From NCBI GenBank assembly GCA_030704615.1, contig CM060734.1, positions 8,742,001-8,806,000 on the forward strand: DNA of 64,000 nt, in the 5' to 3' direction. The DNA is from Takakia lepidozioides (Eukaryota; Plantae; Bryophyta). Position 1 is the first letter of the stretch; every line of letters starts with the position of its first letter. Under the pieces are notes generated by a model. It saw nothing but the letters and a program-made list of their open reading frames with translations, was not told the origin of the DNA and ran no database searches. Both the position numbers and the translations under genes were made by a program. Shown here piece after piece: positions 25,201-37,479 of this stretch.

Positions 25201-25480
25201 CTCATTTGTTCTTGGAACTATGGCAGGCTGCTGTTCTTCTCCGGATTCCTGCTCTTCCATCGCCGAACTTTGCTCTTTGCCCTCTTCTTCCGCCTTTTCC
25301 TCTTCGGCCACTCTTTCCATCCTCATTCTATATCTGGCTCTATTCCTGTTTCTAGAGCTCGTGAAGTATAATGACTTCCTTCTCTTCCTCCTCCGCTGGA
25401 AACAAGGGCTCCCCACGATGCCTCTAGAGCTCTCCAGTTTGACGTTTGCAACAAGGGTTGCTATTGCATGTAACCAAAAT
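19271..25480 (-). pseudogene. ParB/Srx-like + DNA amino-methyltransferase-like fusion gene, copy 2 (multi-exon; 5' acidic exon tentative)
   Basis: KIPLCRMVSMPVVRP and FHVWDGNHRL (22704-23303); HTLYRI; IADPSFGSQFL; KWLQIWN; IILDIPDG (~20615-20629); RERSPTFIQTIVECCTYTDARVLDLSMGTG/ASYHACKASARHLFGIEGD. Several intron positions match copy 1. Exon ~25020-25480 could splice in phase 0 to 23309. Confidence 0.78.
23402..24893. repeat. Array of ~13 copies of a 38-bp palindrome AGCTCAAACAGTGTGCGT-TG-ACGCACACTGTTTGAGCT, ~116-bp period (232-bp higher order)
   Basis: Copies start at 23403, 23550, 23732, 23848, 23964, 24081, 24197, 24313, 24429, 24545, 24660 (half), 24740, 24857. Confidence 0.95.
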
Positions 25481-26285
25481 CAAAATTGGACATTGTCAAC
25501 CGTATTTGGATGCGGGTGTTGTTATTGTGTGTGAACGGAATTCATCCATTTTGGCGTCTTGTAATTAAGAAATAAAGTGCTAGAAAATATGTACATCCGT
25601 TGCATGTACTTGTGATATATGTCAGATGTACTTCGTCGCCTGCCAATATATGGCGGCCTTCTTGCATGGTTTCAAATTCGGAAGTGCCGTAGAAATCTAA
25701 TGCTAGTTCAATTTGGAGCAGTTCTTGCAGATTCGCCATAAATGTTGTGCTTCACATATGCATCCACGTGTGTCGTACTGCCTGCCCTGTGCTTTACATT
25801 TTGCCGTCATCGTCGCCATGGGGTCATTCGGTATAAAGGGTTGTGTCGGAAATGATCTTGTGTTGCACACATCCGTGCGAGGTGACTCTTGGAGTGTCAG
25901 TGTTTGTGCTGTGCTCTTCTGGCACGACACAACCTCATTACATTCGGGGTCTTCCTGTTTACTGCTCTCCAGGGTTGTTGCCGTCTTTCCATAAAGGATG
26001 GTTTCATGTCATGTTCAGGGTTTGTTTTTCATCCAAAAACAGCACGGCTTCTTGTGGCTTCCTGTATTTGAAAACAGTTTTTCTAGTTGGTGTCTCTCAG
26101 CGTGGTTGTCTGCGAAGTTCTGTGCATGTCATTCCTGCATCCTTTTGATGCATCGCCCGCAGCCTTTGGGTTAGTGCTACCCTTGTTGACCTCAATTTTT
26201 TGTGGTGGATCCCCTTTCGAGAATTGCGGGCTATCAGTTCGGGGATTCCGTTGTGAAACGAAAGTTTCGATCAGCGTAGGAAAAC

Positions 26286-28833
26286 ATGTCCAGGGAGAGA
26301 GATAGACTAGCCCGATTTCATTCCAATGCAGATAGTCTTCCACTGACTGCCACTGCAGACGACGATAGGTTTGCAGTTGTTCATGAGGATGAGCTGGTTA
26401 CAGTGTTCCCACTGGAATTGGGTTCTCTGCTTGTTCAAAAAGAGGTGTATGACGAGGATGGGAATTTGGATTCTGGACATTTGGAGAAACATTGGTTGGC
26501 GAGTGTGGAAGGAAGTGGAGAGTCATTCCAGGCACATACCGTGTCCTTGGAAAAGAGAGAAGACAATCAGCAAGATCAGTCATTACCCCTGGAACTGCAG
26601 CATCGGTCGTGCAACAAAAGGGCACAGTTCATGTGAAACAAGAGGTGAGCACATCCACTACATTCGTGACTCTTTCAGACTCGTCCTCGGAGGATGTTTC
26701 TGAGATTCCTCCGCCAGTGCAGACTCCATTCTTGGATGAATCCGAATTGCAAGAGATAACGAGTGTCATTCCAAAATTGAAAGCCCTCGCAGGGGTGCCT
26801 GGGTGCAAGAGCGAGATGCGTTTTGTTGATTGGGAGTCCCTTCGTGTGCAGCGGGTTCAATACGTGCCAGCAGAGTTTGATGGGGACATCTTGTTTGAGC
26901 TCAACCCTCCCACGTCTTCCAATGGACTGGCTGGGCTTCTGCAGGGCATGGACAAGAAACATGACGTTGGTGCAGGACAAAAACGTCAAACATCCACAAC
27001 GACATTGGATTGAAATTTCGAAGGTCGGTTTGCGTTGGGCATTGCAAGTGCCTGAATATATCTTGCCCTCGCTTGAGAAACAGCGCTCAACCAAACGAAA
27101 GTGAGTGGGAAGGTGTGCCCTTGAATCCTTTCACCCCAGGACTTGCCCCTCCCAAGACCAATACTTTTGTTTGCAGGTTCTGCAAACTTTCCCGTCCTGT
27201 GTTTCTGTGTGCCACGCTCGTATGTACCAGGTGGCACACCGATGCAAGACAATGACTCGTGCCTGCATTCATATGGGTGCACACGAGCATCCTGTGTCCA
27301 AAGGAAGTTGCAGGGATAGCGTGGACATCGCTAGAAATCTGCTGAAGCAGGAGTTCCACAATGCCCTTTGTGCAACATCTTCCGCTATAGCGCTTGCAGT
27401 TAGCAAGGCTTTCCTGGAAAAACACATATTGGGTGAAGGGGATTCGACACAACCAATGCTGGATGCAGATTCGCTTGATACAGTGATGAACCATTTCTCC
27501 GTGTTGAGCTCTCCCAATATTCGAAACCAGGTGAATGCACTCAGAGTCGGCACAGGCACTGCTGGATTCATGGACAACATTATGGACCTCAAACGGAGAA
27601 GTCGCTATGAATTCATTCAAAACAATATCTTCCCTGGCCAAGGCTCATCCAAGGTGTATTTGTTCAAGATGTCCGCAGTGGGCGAAGGCAGTGGTGTGAG
27701 CATTGTCCGCCGAATGCAACCTGGAGGAGATTTGGCTAAATGTTGGTTGATGTTTGATCACTGCAAACGGGTGAAGGGTTGGACAACCATGGCATGCCAT
27801 GTGTATGATCCAGCGTACCAGCGTGTGCTCTCAATAGCAATTTGTGATACGCAGTCGGAGGACACTGAATCCCAGATGCTCATGTGGAATTCGTTCCTGG
27901 CCGTCATGCAGCGCAATGGAATACAGAACACAAATTTTGCGGGCTTCATGGCTGATAGTGCACAGGCAAATTTCAATGCAGTGTGGTGCGTGTTTGGTTC
28001 GGGGGATCCTAAGGTCCCAATGGAAAATAGGGAGCGCACATGCCTCTTCCATTGGAGTCAATCTCTGGCACGTCATACAAAGCGGTGCATTCGCCCTGAC
28101 CTTCAGTTGGAGCACATAAGGCTCTGTCTCAAGTACAAAAATGCCAACTCAATGGGAGAAGCTGAGAGCACTTACCAAGCAATCCGGGCTTGGTGGTTCT
28201 CCTCTGGTGCTGCTACTGGTATCTACCTGAAGGAGTTGGAGGACTGGTTGGTTTTCTGGCACTTTAGATATAGACAGTGGGGAGCTTTCATGACGACGGT
28301 AAGCCTCTTGAATCCCAAAATCAGAAATTTTGCATCGTGCCTTTTCATTTGGGGTTCTTGGATTGTCGCTTGCAGAACCTCTTCCATTTCCTTTCCTTCC
28401 TCACATTTCCATGCAATGCCTCATGCAGGACATGTCCTTGGAGGACTTGGCCGACATGCCATCCTGTAATTTGGCGGAGACTGTTCATAACGCTTGGATG
28501 CAGCAATCTACCAAAGCAGGTCGTGACTTGTATGTGGCCACTGCTGATGACATGGTGCGGGCACTTACACAACAAACCAGGTACCGCAATTTTATGATGG
28601 GACGGGGTGGAGGCAAGGGCCCCGGTACGACTTTGTTGATGCTAAGGGCTGCGAGTAGGTCCGGAGACCCATCCAAGATGGCCAGAGCTCTGAACAGGTG
28701 CACTGAAGGCTCCCCTTTGCAATCCAGGCTCCCTCATTTGGAAGGCAAGGAAAGATTTGGATCATGCAAAAGGAAATTGAACACTCTTCCAGGGTCAGAT
28801 GGAGATTCCCATCGCCCAGACAGGGTAGCGTGA
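26286..28833 (+). pseudogene. MULE-like DDE transposase, N-terminal and catalytic part (frameshifted; intron 28299-28428)
   Basis: WLMFDHCKRV (D), GFMADSAQAN (D), RTCLFHW (CxxH), SCNLAETVH (E); upstream CIHMGAHEH Zn-like motif. Confidence 0.75.
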
Positions 28834-29151
28834 GCGGCACAAATCTGCTGGAGAAGCAGGTCCTATAGGCGAGGATTGCAAGAAGAGGGCCTATTACCGT
28901 GGACAAAACAAAGGGGGCCACCATGCACCATGTCTGCAATGCCTGCACAAAAAGAGGAATATGAAAATATGGCAGAATTGAGCTCAGAATGATTGACACA
29001 CTTTATTTCAATTCACAGATAGACGCTTACAATGAATGGCATGTACATTTGCCCTGGTTCCGTGAACGAAATGTATGTGTTGTCCTAAATGCAAAGTCTT
29101 CACACGGTAACCTAGAAACCAGCATGGAAAGCGGGCATGGCTCGTATGTGT

Positions 29152-30160
29152 TCAAAGAGAATTTGGCGGAGCCCTACGTGAGGTGTCCCGCTGCAGAAGG
29201 GTGATGACTTCTCTGTAGCCTAGTGTGGCTTGGTGAATGAATTGGTCTCTCTTACCGTCGCAACACATAATTACAAGGTATATGTAATATTGATGCTTGC
29301 AGGGGACCCACTTCCCTCTCATGCCGAGAGCGCCCTCACGCATCGTTACAAAATCCGGACAAGTGCAAGTAGGGAAATTCCCCACGGTAACCTGATATTC
29401 TTTGTCATGAAGAACTGAGCCAATAGACAGCACTGTGTAAATCCGTCCATACCCCGGGGCAGGGACTTCAGTGATACGAGCCACCCGAGCCTGCAAAATT
29501 CTAGCCGATTCCATCTTGCATTCGTGATCTGCACCCGAAGCGACACGGCGCACTGTTTTTCCATCTCTTTTTGTTGGGTGGGAGTCGGCACTGGGTGGAG
29601 GCATTGCCAGAGCTTGTGGCACATCTGTGCCGACAGTGCACAAGGGCACCACTCGGGATCATGCAAGACAAAACCCTCCCTCCTCCAGCATGCTTATCTC
29701 AGTTGTTGACAGCGACGTTCCAAGTTTCACAGGCCAAATTGCGGGGGAAGGGGGTTTCATTATCACCGAAGGATGAACTGTTCCCTTGACGCATCGTGCC
29801 ATATCGTCTGGGTAGAACCAGAACTTGTGGTCCTTTGACTCCCCACTATGATAAGGTCGGAACAACCCTGTGAATGTTGGAGCTGGAGTCCCCCTGGAGC
29901 CTTTGCATATTTTTGATTTGCATTTCTTGAAAGAGGGGGTCCGAATTGCAATGCAAGCAACTCTAGATCCTGGTGGGGTGCGTTCTATATGCCACTCACT
30001 ATCAATGCAATCAGATTCCTGCACCATGGCCACCACCTCCTCCAATGGGATTCCTGCTGCTGTGCTTGCATGTTCTGCACCTGCTCCACAGGAGGAGGAC
30101 CCACCTAGGAAGGGGCCGGCACACGACTTAGTCTGCACTGGAGACACCTTTGAGCTCAGC
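29152..30160 (-). pseudogene. SWIM Zn-finger-containing region, probably the inverted C-terminal third of the transposase
   Basis: YQVTVGNFPTCTCPDF..WVPCKHQYY (CxC..CxH). No room for a promoter or start: coding sequence begins ~40 bp from the element end. Confidence 0.7.
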
Positions 30161-30201
30161 TCCCAGGCTCACGGGGCTGGGCTCACGCCGTAGCTACGCT
30201 G

Positions 30202-30730
30202 GCTTTTTAGGACTATATGCTAGGAAATGTGGTTGGACAGCGAAGTATGTTGTGGCACGATGCGTAGGTGCACGACAACTGTCATGGTTTTAGTCATGGT
30301 TAATTACAAATAGTTATTTCTAACTAATTAGGACTTTATACATTTATATTTGTATTTTGTGGGCATTGGGACTTCATTTGGTTCCATGTGCCAAGTGAGG
30401 TGGCGAACCTCACTTGGGACGTGGAGAGGTTCATCGCTACCTCTAGTCGAGCCTCTCGAGGCCTCTCTCGCCGCCATAGCTCTAGTACTTGAGATGGAGT
30501 GTGGGTGAGGTCTATATGCTGGAGTCCTTTAGCAAATGTGTCATTGGCTTGACTTACATAAAGTGATAGAGTGGGTTCATTTTTTTTCATCTTTCTTATC
30601 CTTAGAAGAAGACATGCTTACATCTATGAGTGCAAGGTGTTAGCATAATTAGCACTTGTGGCATAGCTTTCTAGGACTATATGCTAGGAAGTGTGGTTGG
30701 ACAGGTGGCACGATGCTTAGGTGCACGACA
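30202..30730 (+). mobile_element. Composite terminus of gypsy A1: rest of unit X (30202-30277), LTR-B 5' part (30280-30656), second unit X (30657-30730)
   Basis: Same arrangement at 43233-43749; the LTR-B part matches 32511 onward. Confidence 0.85.
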
Positions 30731-30899
30731 CTTTCTTCGTGCACAAGTCTCTTTTCTTTTTTCCTCCTCTCTTTGACATTGGCCTCCTTACACTCTCTTT
30801 CTCTTTATTTTCCTCTCTTTCTCTTTTCGTGCGTCGGCGCTCCGCTCATGCGCGTTGGCGGACCAGCGCCGCCTCCACCCCACCATGTCCTTGTCCAAA

Positions 30900-31650
30900 C
30901 GCCAAAGGACGCTCGATGAGGATGGAGACTCGCCTTCACCCTCGCCTCACCCCGGGTCTTCACTGCTTTTCCTTCCTGTCCTTACCTTTCAACATGCTTT
31001 TCCCTTGCATCAGTACTCCATGAGAAGTATTGATATTAAATCCAGCGCGATCAAGTTACTATCATGCAAACTCGATGCATCTCTGAGGAGGCTCTGCAAC
31101 AATTACTCGCAACTTGAGACAAGGACTGGGAGAAGAGGCTTGCAGACCGAAACTTGGACTTAGAGAAGTCGCTGGAGGGGGAAGTGAAAACCACACAAAG
31201 TTTTCACAGAAATACGACTTTCTAAACTGGAGGAGGAAGTGATCCTCACAGAGAGGGGCTTTTCAGTTCCCCTCACGGCAAGCATTCATCAACAGGTGGA
31301 AACCCTTAGTAAAGAGCTGGAAACCCACAAAGCTGCAAAGTCTACAATGGCCCGAGAGCTCCAAGATCATAAGGTGGAGGCTTCCTCTTGGGCCAATATA
31401 GTCAAGGGCAGCACATCCAACAACAGTTCCCACTCTTTAGAGGAGACAGTCTTGGCCACTTTGTGCAAGGAATAGCAACGGGCTTTCAAAGTCCTTAACA
31501 TCCGGGTCACTGGCAAGCTGGGGACTCTTGCAGGGTGACCCTCTTGGAGCGGCCACCACCCTCATCTAACAAAACCTTGCTTTACCACGGGGAACGAGTG
31601 GCATTGAACGAGCTTGGCGTGCAGGAACTTCGAAGCAAAGAACTTTGGAT
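30900..31650 (+). pseudogene. Probable LINE ORF1 remnant (coiled coil + E..R...NIRVTG)
   Basis: SWANIVKG..TLCKE*QRAFKVLNIRVTG pattern; several stops and frameshifts. Confidence 0.5.
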
Positions 31651-32510
31651 GCATTTTTTCAAGACAAACTAATAACTATTTTTCATCCCTCTTATGGATG
31701 ACCAGCTAGGACCACCTCATAAAGTCAAACAATAATTTTGGTCAAAGGAAAAATAAGAAATCAAATAATTCAGTCGCCGCAAGTGCCGTTGACCTTGAAA
31801 TTCGGTGCCATCGCTAATCTTAACCAAAAATCACCAAACTTGGTGATAAATTGTGGTTAGGTCTTTTGTAATAGCTTGTAAATTTACAGGTCCATCGGAA
31901 TTAAAAATATTCTCCAAACGCCGTTCTGCATTGAATCGTCGTGAAGGAAGTCTGATGCTTCCTTGGAAAATGTCCTAATGGTGGTGCCTCCGTGGGTCTT
32001 TGACCTTGCCACAATGGCAGTCCCCCAAATATAATTAAATGAATAAATTTAATAATTTTTTGGAATATTTAAATATGTTGATATGTTTATTTAGCTAAGG
32101 TTTTTTTTTTGGTGGCCTTTTGAGGCTACGATGCTATTTTTTATTCTTTTTTCTTAGAGTATGTGACATTTGTTTTTACCCCATTTTATTTTTATTTATT
32201 TTATATGAAACTGACAATGTAGGCCCGCGTTGGCGTCAGGTTCGACATGACCTAATGCATTCTGACGTCATGTCAGTGTACAACCCTGATCTGTGAGCAG
32301 ACAATTCTTATAAAAGAAACCTTAATTTGACAAATTACTCATGAAGCCAGTGTGACTGTCTCTTAGGCACAAACCCGCAATGTGCCATCTACTTGAGGTA
32401 GTGGGGGACTTACTGCGAGCGAGAGAGGAAGAAAATTGAATGCAAAAAGAGGGAAAATGAGATGGTAGACATTTGTTAGCCTTGGGCGTAAAGATGAATA
32501 TTTAAATACG

Positions 32511-33221
32511 TGTCATGGTTTTGTTTGTGATGAGTTAGAAATAGTTATTTCTAGCTAATTAGGACTTTATACATTGATATTTGTATTTTGTGGGCATTGG
32601 GACTTCATTTGGTTCCATGTGCCAAGTGAGGTGACGAACCTCATTTGAAACGTGGAGAGGTTATCTCCACGTGAGACGTAGGCAGGCTCGTCTTTTTCTA
32701 GTCGAGCCTTACGAGGCCTCTCTCGCCGCCATAGCTCTAGTACTTGAGATGGAGAGTGGTGAGGTCTGTATGGTGGAGTCCTTTAGCAAAGGTTGACTTA
32801 TATAACGTGATAGAGTGGGTTCACCTATTTTCACCATTTCCGTATCACTAGAAGAAGACCTGCTTACATCTATAAGTGCAAGGTGTTAGCATAGTTAGCA
32901 CTTGTGTGTTAAAGAGAGCTTGGTAGAGAGCTTCTGTATTACAAGGTGTTGCAGGGTTTGCAAAGAAAGTCCTTGTGGTATTTATGCACAGGTGGAGGTC
33001 TTCAAGAAGAGCCCCAGTGCAAAGTTTGAGAATTAGTGAAGATAATTCTTATTCTGGAAGTTGTTGCAGGTTTGAGGAGTTCAAGAAGACACTACAACAG
33101 ATTGCGGCTTTTACGACTCTGTGTTATGACTGCAAATGCAGTTATGAAAGCCATTTACAACTTCATGACTCTGCAGTCGTAAAACCCTAGTCAGTTGTGG
33201 CATGGCCAGCCTGGTTGTGAC
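32511..33221 (+). mobile_element. LTR-B, probable solo or near-full LTR
   Basis: Begins TGTCATGG; first ~390 bp match 30280-30656 and 43320-43664; ends near GTTGTGAC; no clean TSD. Confidence 0.65.
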
Positions 33222-33639
33222 GTGGCGCATGAGCAGCTGTGGGGGTAGTCATACACGCTGGCTTTACTAAATGACTGAACGGGTCCATGTCAGCCGCTGT
33301 GTAAGAGAGACACGTGCTCTCTACAGAACATGCCACGTGTCAGACTGCGACGCCATCCCGACTGCGGAGGAGGGAATCAGACGTCAGCACGTGTCGCATC
33401 GTGATTTTGACACGTGGTTCCTCATGTCAATTGACACGCATCGCTGTGGGGGGGGAGGGGGGGTTGGGGATTTAATTTATTGTTATTATAATTATTTTAA
33501 TTAATTAATTAATTATTATTACTTTTGACCAACATGGGACAGTGGCACATTATTAAATAACGAATTTTTGAAATTATATTCTTAGATAAAATATTTATTC
33601 GCTCACACCCTTACGGGGAAAGAGAGTTTGCCTTAGTGC

Positions 33640-36600
33640 CTATGCTGAATTGCGTCTGCTACTCTCTGTAATCTAACAGGCATTCATTTTTTTGCCTCTG
33701 TTGTCCCACCATTGACTGGGGTCAGAAAAGTTCATTCCACAGCTTCTCCTCATCTCTGTTACCTGTTTATGGATACTTTTTTATTGTCACTTTGGCAGTA
33801 TCATGTCAAAGTCACTCCAAACTATCTACCATCTACCCATGACCATCTACCCATGCAGGTTTCTTGTAGCTATCCTTCCACAAGGAATCATCGGTAATCT
33901 GGAGCTTGAAATCCGGCTTTCTTGGATGATCTGGACCCACACTCTTTCCCTGCTCCTTCAGCTATCCATGCCTCTGCACAGATCATGCATATATCCTTGC
34001 ATTGTTGTTAGCAGCTGACAATGACAGCCTACATTTGTTCCAGCAAACACCCAACTCAACTTACCACACTAGTTCCTATTCTCAATTGCATCTGCTACTC
34101 TCTGTAATCCAACAGGCATTTACCTTTTTGCCTCGGTTGTCCCACCATTAACTGGGTCAGAAAAGTATTCATTCCACAGCTTCCCCTCATCTCCGTTAAC
34201 TGTTTTTCGATACTTTCCTGTTGTCACATTGGCAATATCATGTCAAAGTCACTCCAAACTAGATTCACTCAACCAGCTAACTTGCAGACATTGAAATTTA
34301 GGGCCGGTTCTGATAAGAGGGAAAAACAGGGTGAAATGTGTTGAAGAAGGTGCCTTTATTAGCAGTGCCTGATTTTATCAATTGTGCCGCTACTCCTGTG
34401 GCTTCCAGTTCACCATCTACCCATGCAGGTTTCTTATAGCAAAATCCACAGGTAATAATAGGTAATCATGTGCTTGAAATCTGGCCCTCTTGGATGAATC
34501 TGGACCCATACTCTATCCCTGCTCTTTCAGCTATCACTGCTTCTGCACAAATCATGCATACTTCCTTGCCTTGCAGCTGATAATGACAGCCTAGATTTGT
34601 TCTAGGAAACACCCAACTCAGCTTATCACACTAGTTCCTATGCTGAATTGCGTATGCCCTCTATAATCTAACAGGCATTAACCTTTTTCCCTCGGTTGTC
34701 CCACCATTCCATAACTTCTCCTCGTCTCTGTGACCTGTTTCTGGATACTTTCCTGTTGTCACATTGGCATCATGTCAAAGTTCAGATCGACATCTAGTAC
34801 ACTTCCAGCTTGGACGATGTTACCACGAACCTCTTTGCTATTTTGCAGGGCTGCCAGGCTTGCACACATGTTGCAAATGTAACAAACGCGATGTGGTTGC
34901 GCTGCAGTATCCCTTCCCACACCACTTGCTCATAGACCTCTCCAAAGGGCCTCCATCCCGCGCCGCTGTTGTGCATATCCTGGGATCATCATCCTCCATG
35001 CACCCCAATTTGGCATACAAGTCCACAAGGGCATAGTTCAGAACAACATTTGCTTAATTCCAGCTTGGACGATGTCATCACAAACCCCGTCTTCACTCAT
35101 TGCCTACTCTAGTTAAGTGCAATTATGGGCTAGGCTGGTACCACATCTCATTCAGCCATATTATCAAAACAGCCATGTATCCTTGTAGTTGCATCCTGCA
35201 ACCTTGGCATACATGTCCACTATGGCAACGTTCAAAATCACATCAGATACAATACCAGCTTTGACAATATCACCGTGGACCTCTGTACCCTTTTTCAAGG
35301 CTGCCAGGCGTGCATTTGACATACATATCCACCAAGGCAGTGTTTAGAGTGACATCTAGTGGTACAATTCCAGATTTGATAATGGACCTTTGCATCCTTT
35401 CCAGGGCTACCAGGCTCGCATTTGACATACATGTACACCAGGGGAATGTTCAGAATGACATCAGGTACAATTCCAGCTTTGATGATGTCACCATGAACCT
35501 CTTGGCCCCTTCCCAGGGCTGCTAGGCTCGCATATGCATATTAACAAATGAACATGACCTGGTTTGGCGTCATCCTTTCCCACATCATTTGTTCTTAGGT
35601 TTCCAAAGCCTTACTCCCACACCTATGCTACACACACCTTACAATCATGGCAGTCCACAACACCACATCTCATTTAGCCATGTTGTCAAACTCTCCCTTT
35701 GCATCAGGCTTGCTGCACCCACATTTGGCATACATGTCCACTAGGGCAGTGGTCAGAATGACAACTAGTACAATTTCAGCTTTGACGATGGTACATGGCC
35801 AAGAGATATCCCAATATCCCGCTACCAATGGGTTCAATGCATACTCTTGTCACATTGGCAGTATCATGTCAAAGTCACTCCAACTAGATTCACTCAACCA
35901 GCTAATTTGCAGAATTGAACATGAAAATTTAGGGCCGATTATGATAAGAGGGGGAAATAGGGTGAAATGTGTTTCAGAAGGTGCCTTCATTAGCAGTGCT
36001 TGATTTTATCAATTGTGCTGCTGTTGCTGCGGCTTCCAATTGACCATCTACCCATGTAGGTTTCTTGTATCTATCATTCCACAGGGAATCATAGATAATC
36101 TGGAGCTTGAAATCTGGCCCTCTTCCACACTCTATCCCTGCTCCTTTAGCTATCTATGCCTCTGCACAAAATCAGGCATACAACAATCATTCCAGCAAAC
36201 ACCCCCAACCCTACTTATCAATAAGCAACGAGCTAACTTACATAATTCAATATGCATCTCAAGGCCGAGTCTGATGAGAGGGCAAAACAGGCTGAAATAG
36301 GTCGAAGAAGAACCCATAGAGGATCCAAAAGGACCTCTTGTGTGTGCTGCTTGTGTCTTGTAGTCAGGTAATGTCGGATTGGTCTGTGAGAACCAGCACG
36401 GTGCAAATGAGCAGGTAGAGATTGAAACACGGCCTGCTAAGACCAAGCTGACTCTCCCAAGAACCTTGAAACATCAGGAAGAATACCAAATCATGGTACT
36501 AAGAGGAGCCAACAGCCCACATTTGCAGGATGGACAAACTTCTTCACATCGTACATTAAGGAAAAGCCACACCTTGCCATTGCGGTTGTCGCACCATCGT

Positions 36601-37080
36601 GAAGGATCTTTAAAAATCTCATGCCAATGCTCCGTGCTGCAAATGAAGGGCCGAGTCTGATGAGAGGGCAAAACAGGCTGAAATAGGTCGAAGAAGAAGG
36701 TGCCCTCACCACATTGTCCTCGACCTTGTGTCATGACCCATGGAGGATTTGACTGACCATGAACCCAAGAGGACCTCTTCAGTGTGCTGCTTGTTTCTGT
36801 AGTCAGGTAATGTCGGATTGGTCTGTGAGAACCACCACGGTGCAGCTGAGCGGGTAGAGATTGAAACACGGCCTGCTAAGACCAAGCTGACTCTCCCAAG
36901 AACGACGAGCTCCCAGCCAAAACCTCCTCGCACACATACCCTAGCGTTTCTAGGGTTGCTTGCTTCAGATGCGAAGGTTGCTCCAACTGCGGCCTCCCAT
37001 GCATATTTCCCTTCCCTCCCGCTCGCTCGCTCTAAGTCCCAGCCCTCTCTCTCTATCTCCCTCCCTCCCGCTCACTCTAA
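33640..37080 (-). pseudogene. PDF-motif (OSB-like) + PLS-class PPR pseudogene with internal tandem duplications
   Basis: Exon HWHEIFKDPSRWCDNRNGK|gt (~36573-36630); three copies of an exon like RGPDFK..T..LW...KKPAWVDG (~33840-33930, 34410-34500, 36040-36125); PPR text TALVDMYAKCG..FDNM..DVVLWTAMI..M..NQVMF..GQEVHGDIIKAG (34790-35790). Confidence 0.8.
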
Positions 37081-37169
37081 TTCTATTCACGGCTACCGTG
37101 ATGGGCAACTTTTTAAGTTTTTTAACCTTCTTGCAAACCCTATAAGCAACTTTTTGATTTTTTATATAT

Positions 37170-37355
37170 ATATATTTTTTAAAGGAAGCCTCAGGCCCTT
37201 GAGGAGGGGGAAAAATTAACCCCCTTTCATTTGGGCCATGAGACCTACAGGACGATCAACGCCCAAACATATCGTCACGAACAATCCCACACACGGGGTA
37301 GGGCAGCGGGTTTGAACCCCGAACCACCGGGGCGACACACTATGCACCTCCAGCC
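37170..37355 (-). mobile_element. Possible tRNA-derived SINE
   Basis: B-box-like GGTTCAAACCC on the minus strand (~37307-37317), followed ~120 bp later by an A/TA-rich tail; A box unclear. Confidence 0.35.
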
Positions 37356-37479
37356 GATGTGCTTTTTTCAAATCTTTTGCACTTTGATTTTAAAAAAAAA
37401 AATTCATTCTAGTGGTTAGAGTCTCCGACATTTTTTCAAAATATAAATATTGATATATTATATATATAACCAGAAAAGC

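Larger units (their letters stand above)
18588..30201. mobile_element. Element E2: 11.6-kb MULE-like DNA transposon carrying a transposase and a divergently oriented ParB-MTase gene
   Basis: TSD GCTTTTTA(G) at 18580-18587(8) and 30202-30209(10); excision restores unit X as seen at 30657 and 43233. Ends: GGGGGGTGCTATTCCGTGAGC and (rc) CAGCGTAGCTACGGCGTGAGC, both followed by GTGAGCC repeats. Confidence 0.88.

Noticed and set aside
33295-33420. Cluster of ACACGTG/CACGTGTC (G-box/ABRE-like) motifs
   Set aside because: No adjacent intact gene; more likely a TE subterminal region; function cannot be supported.
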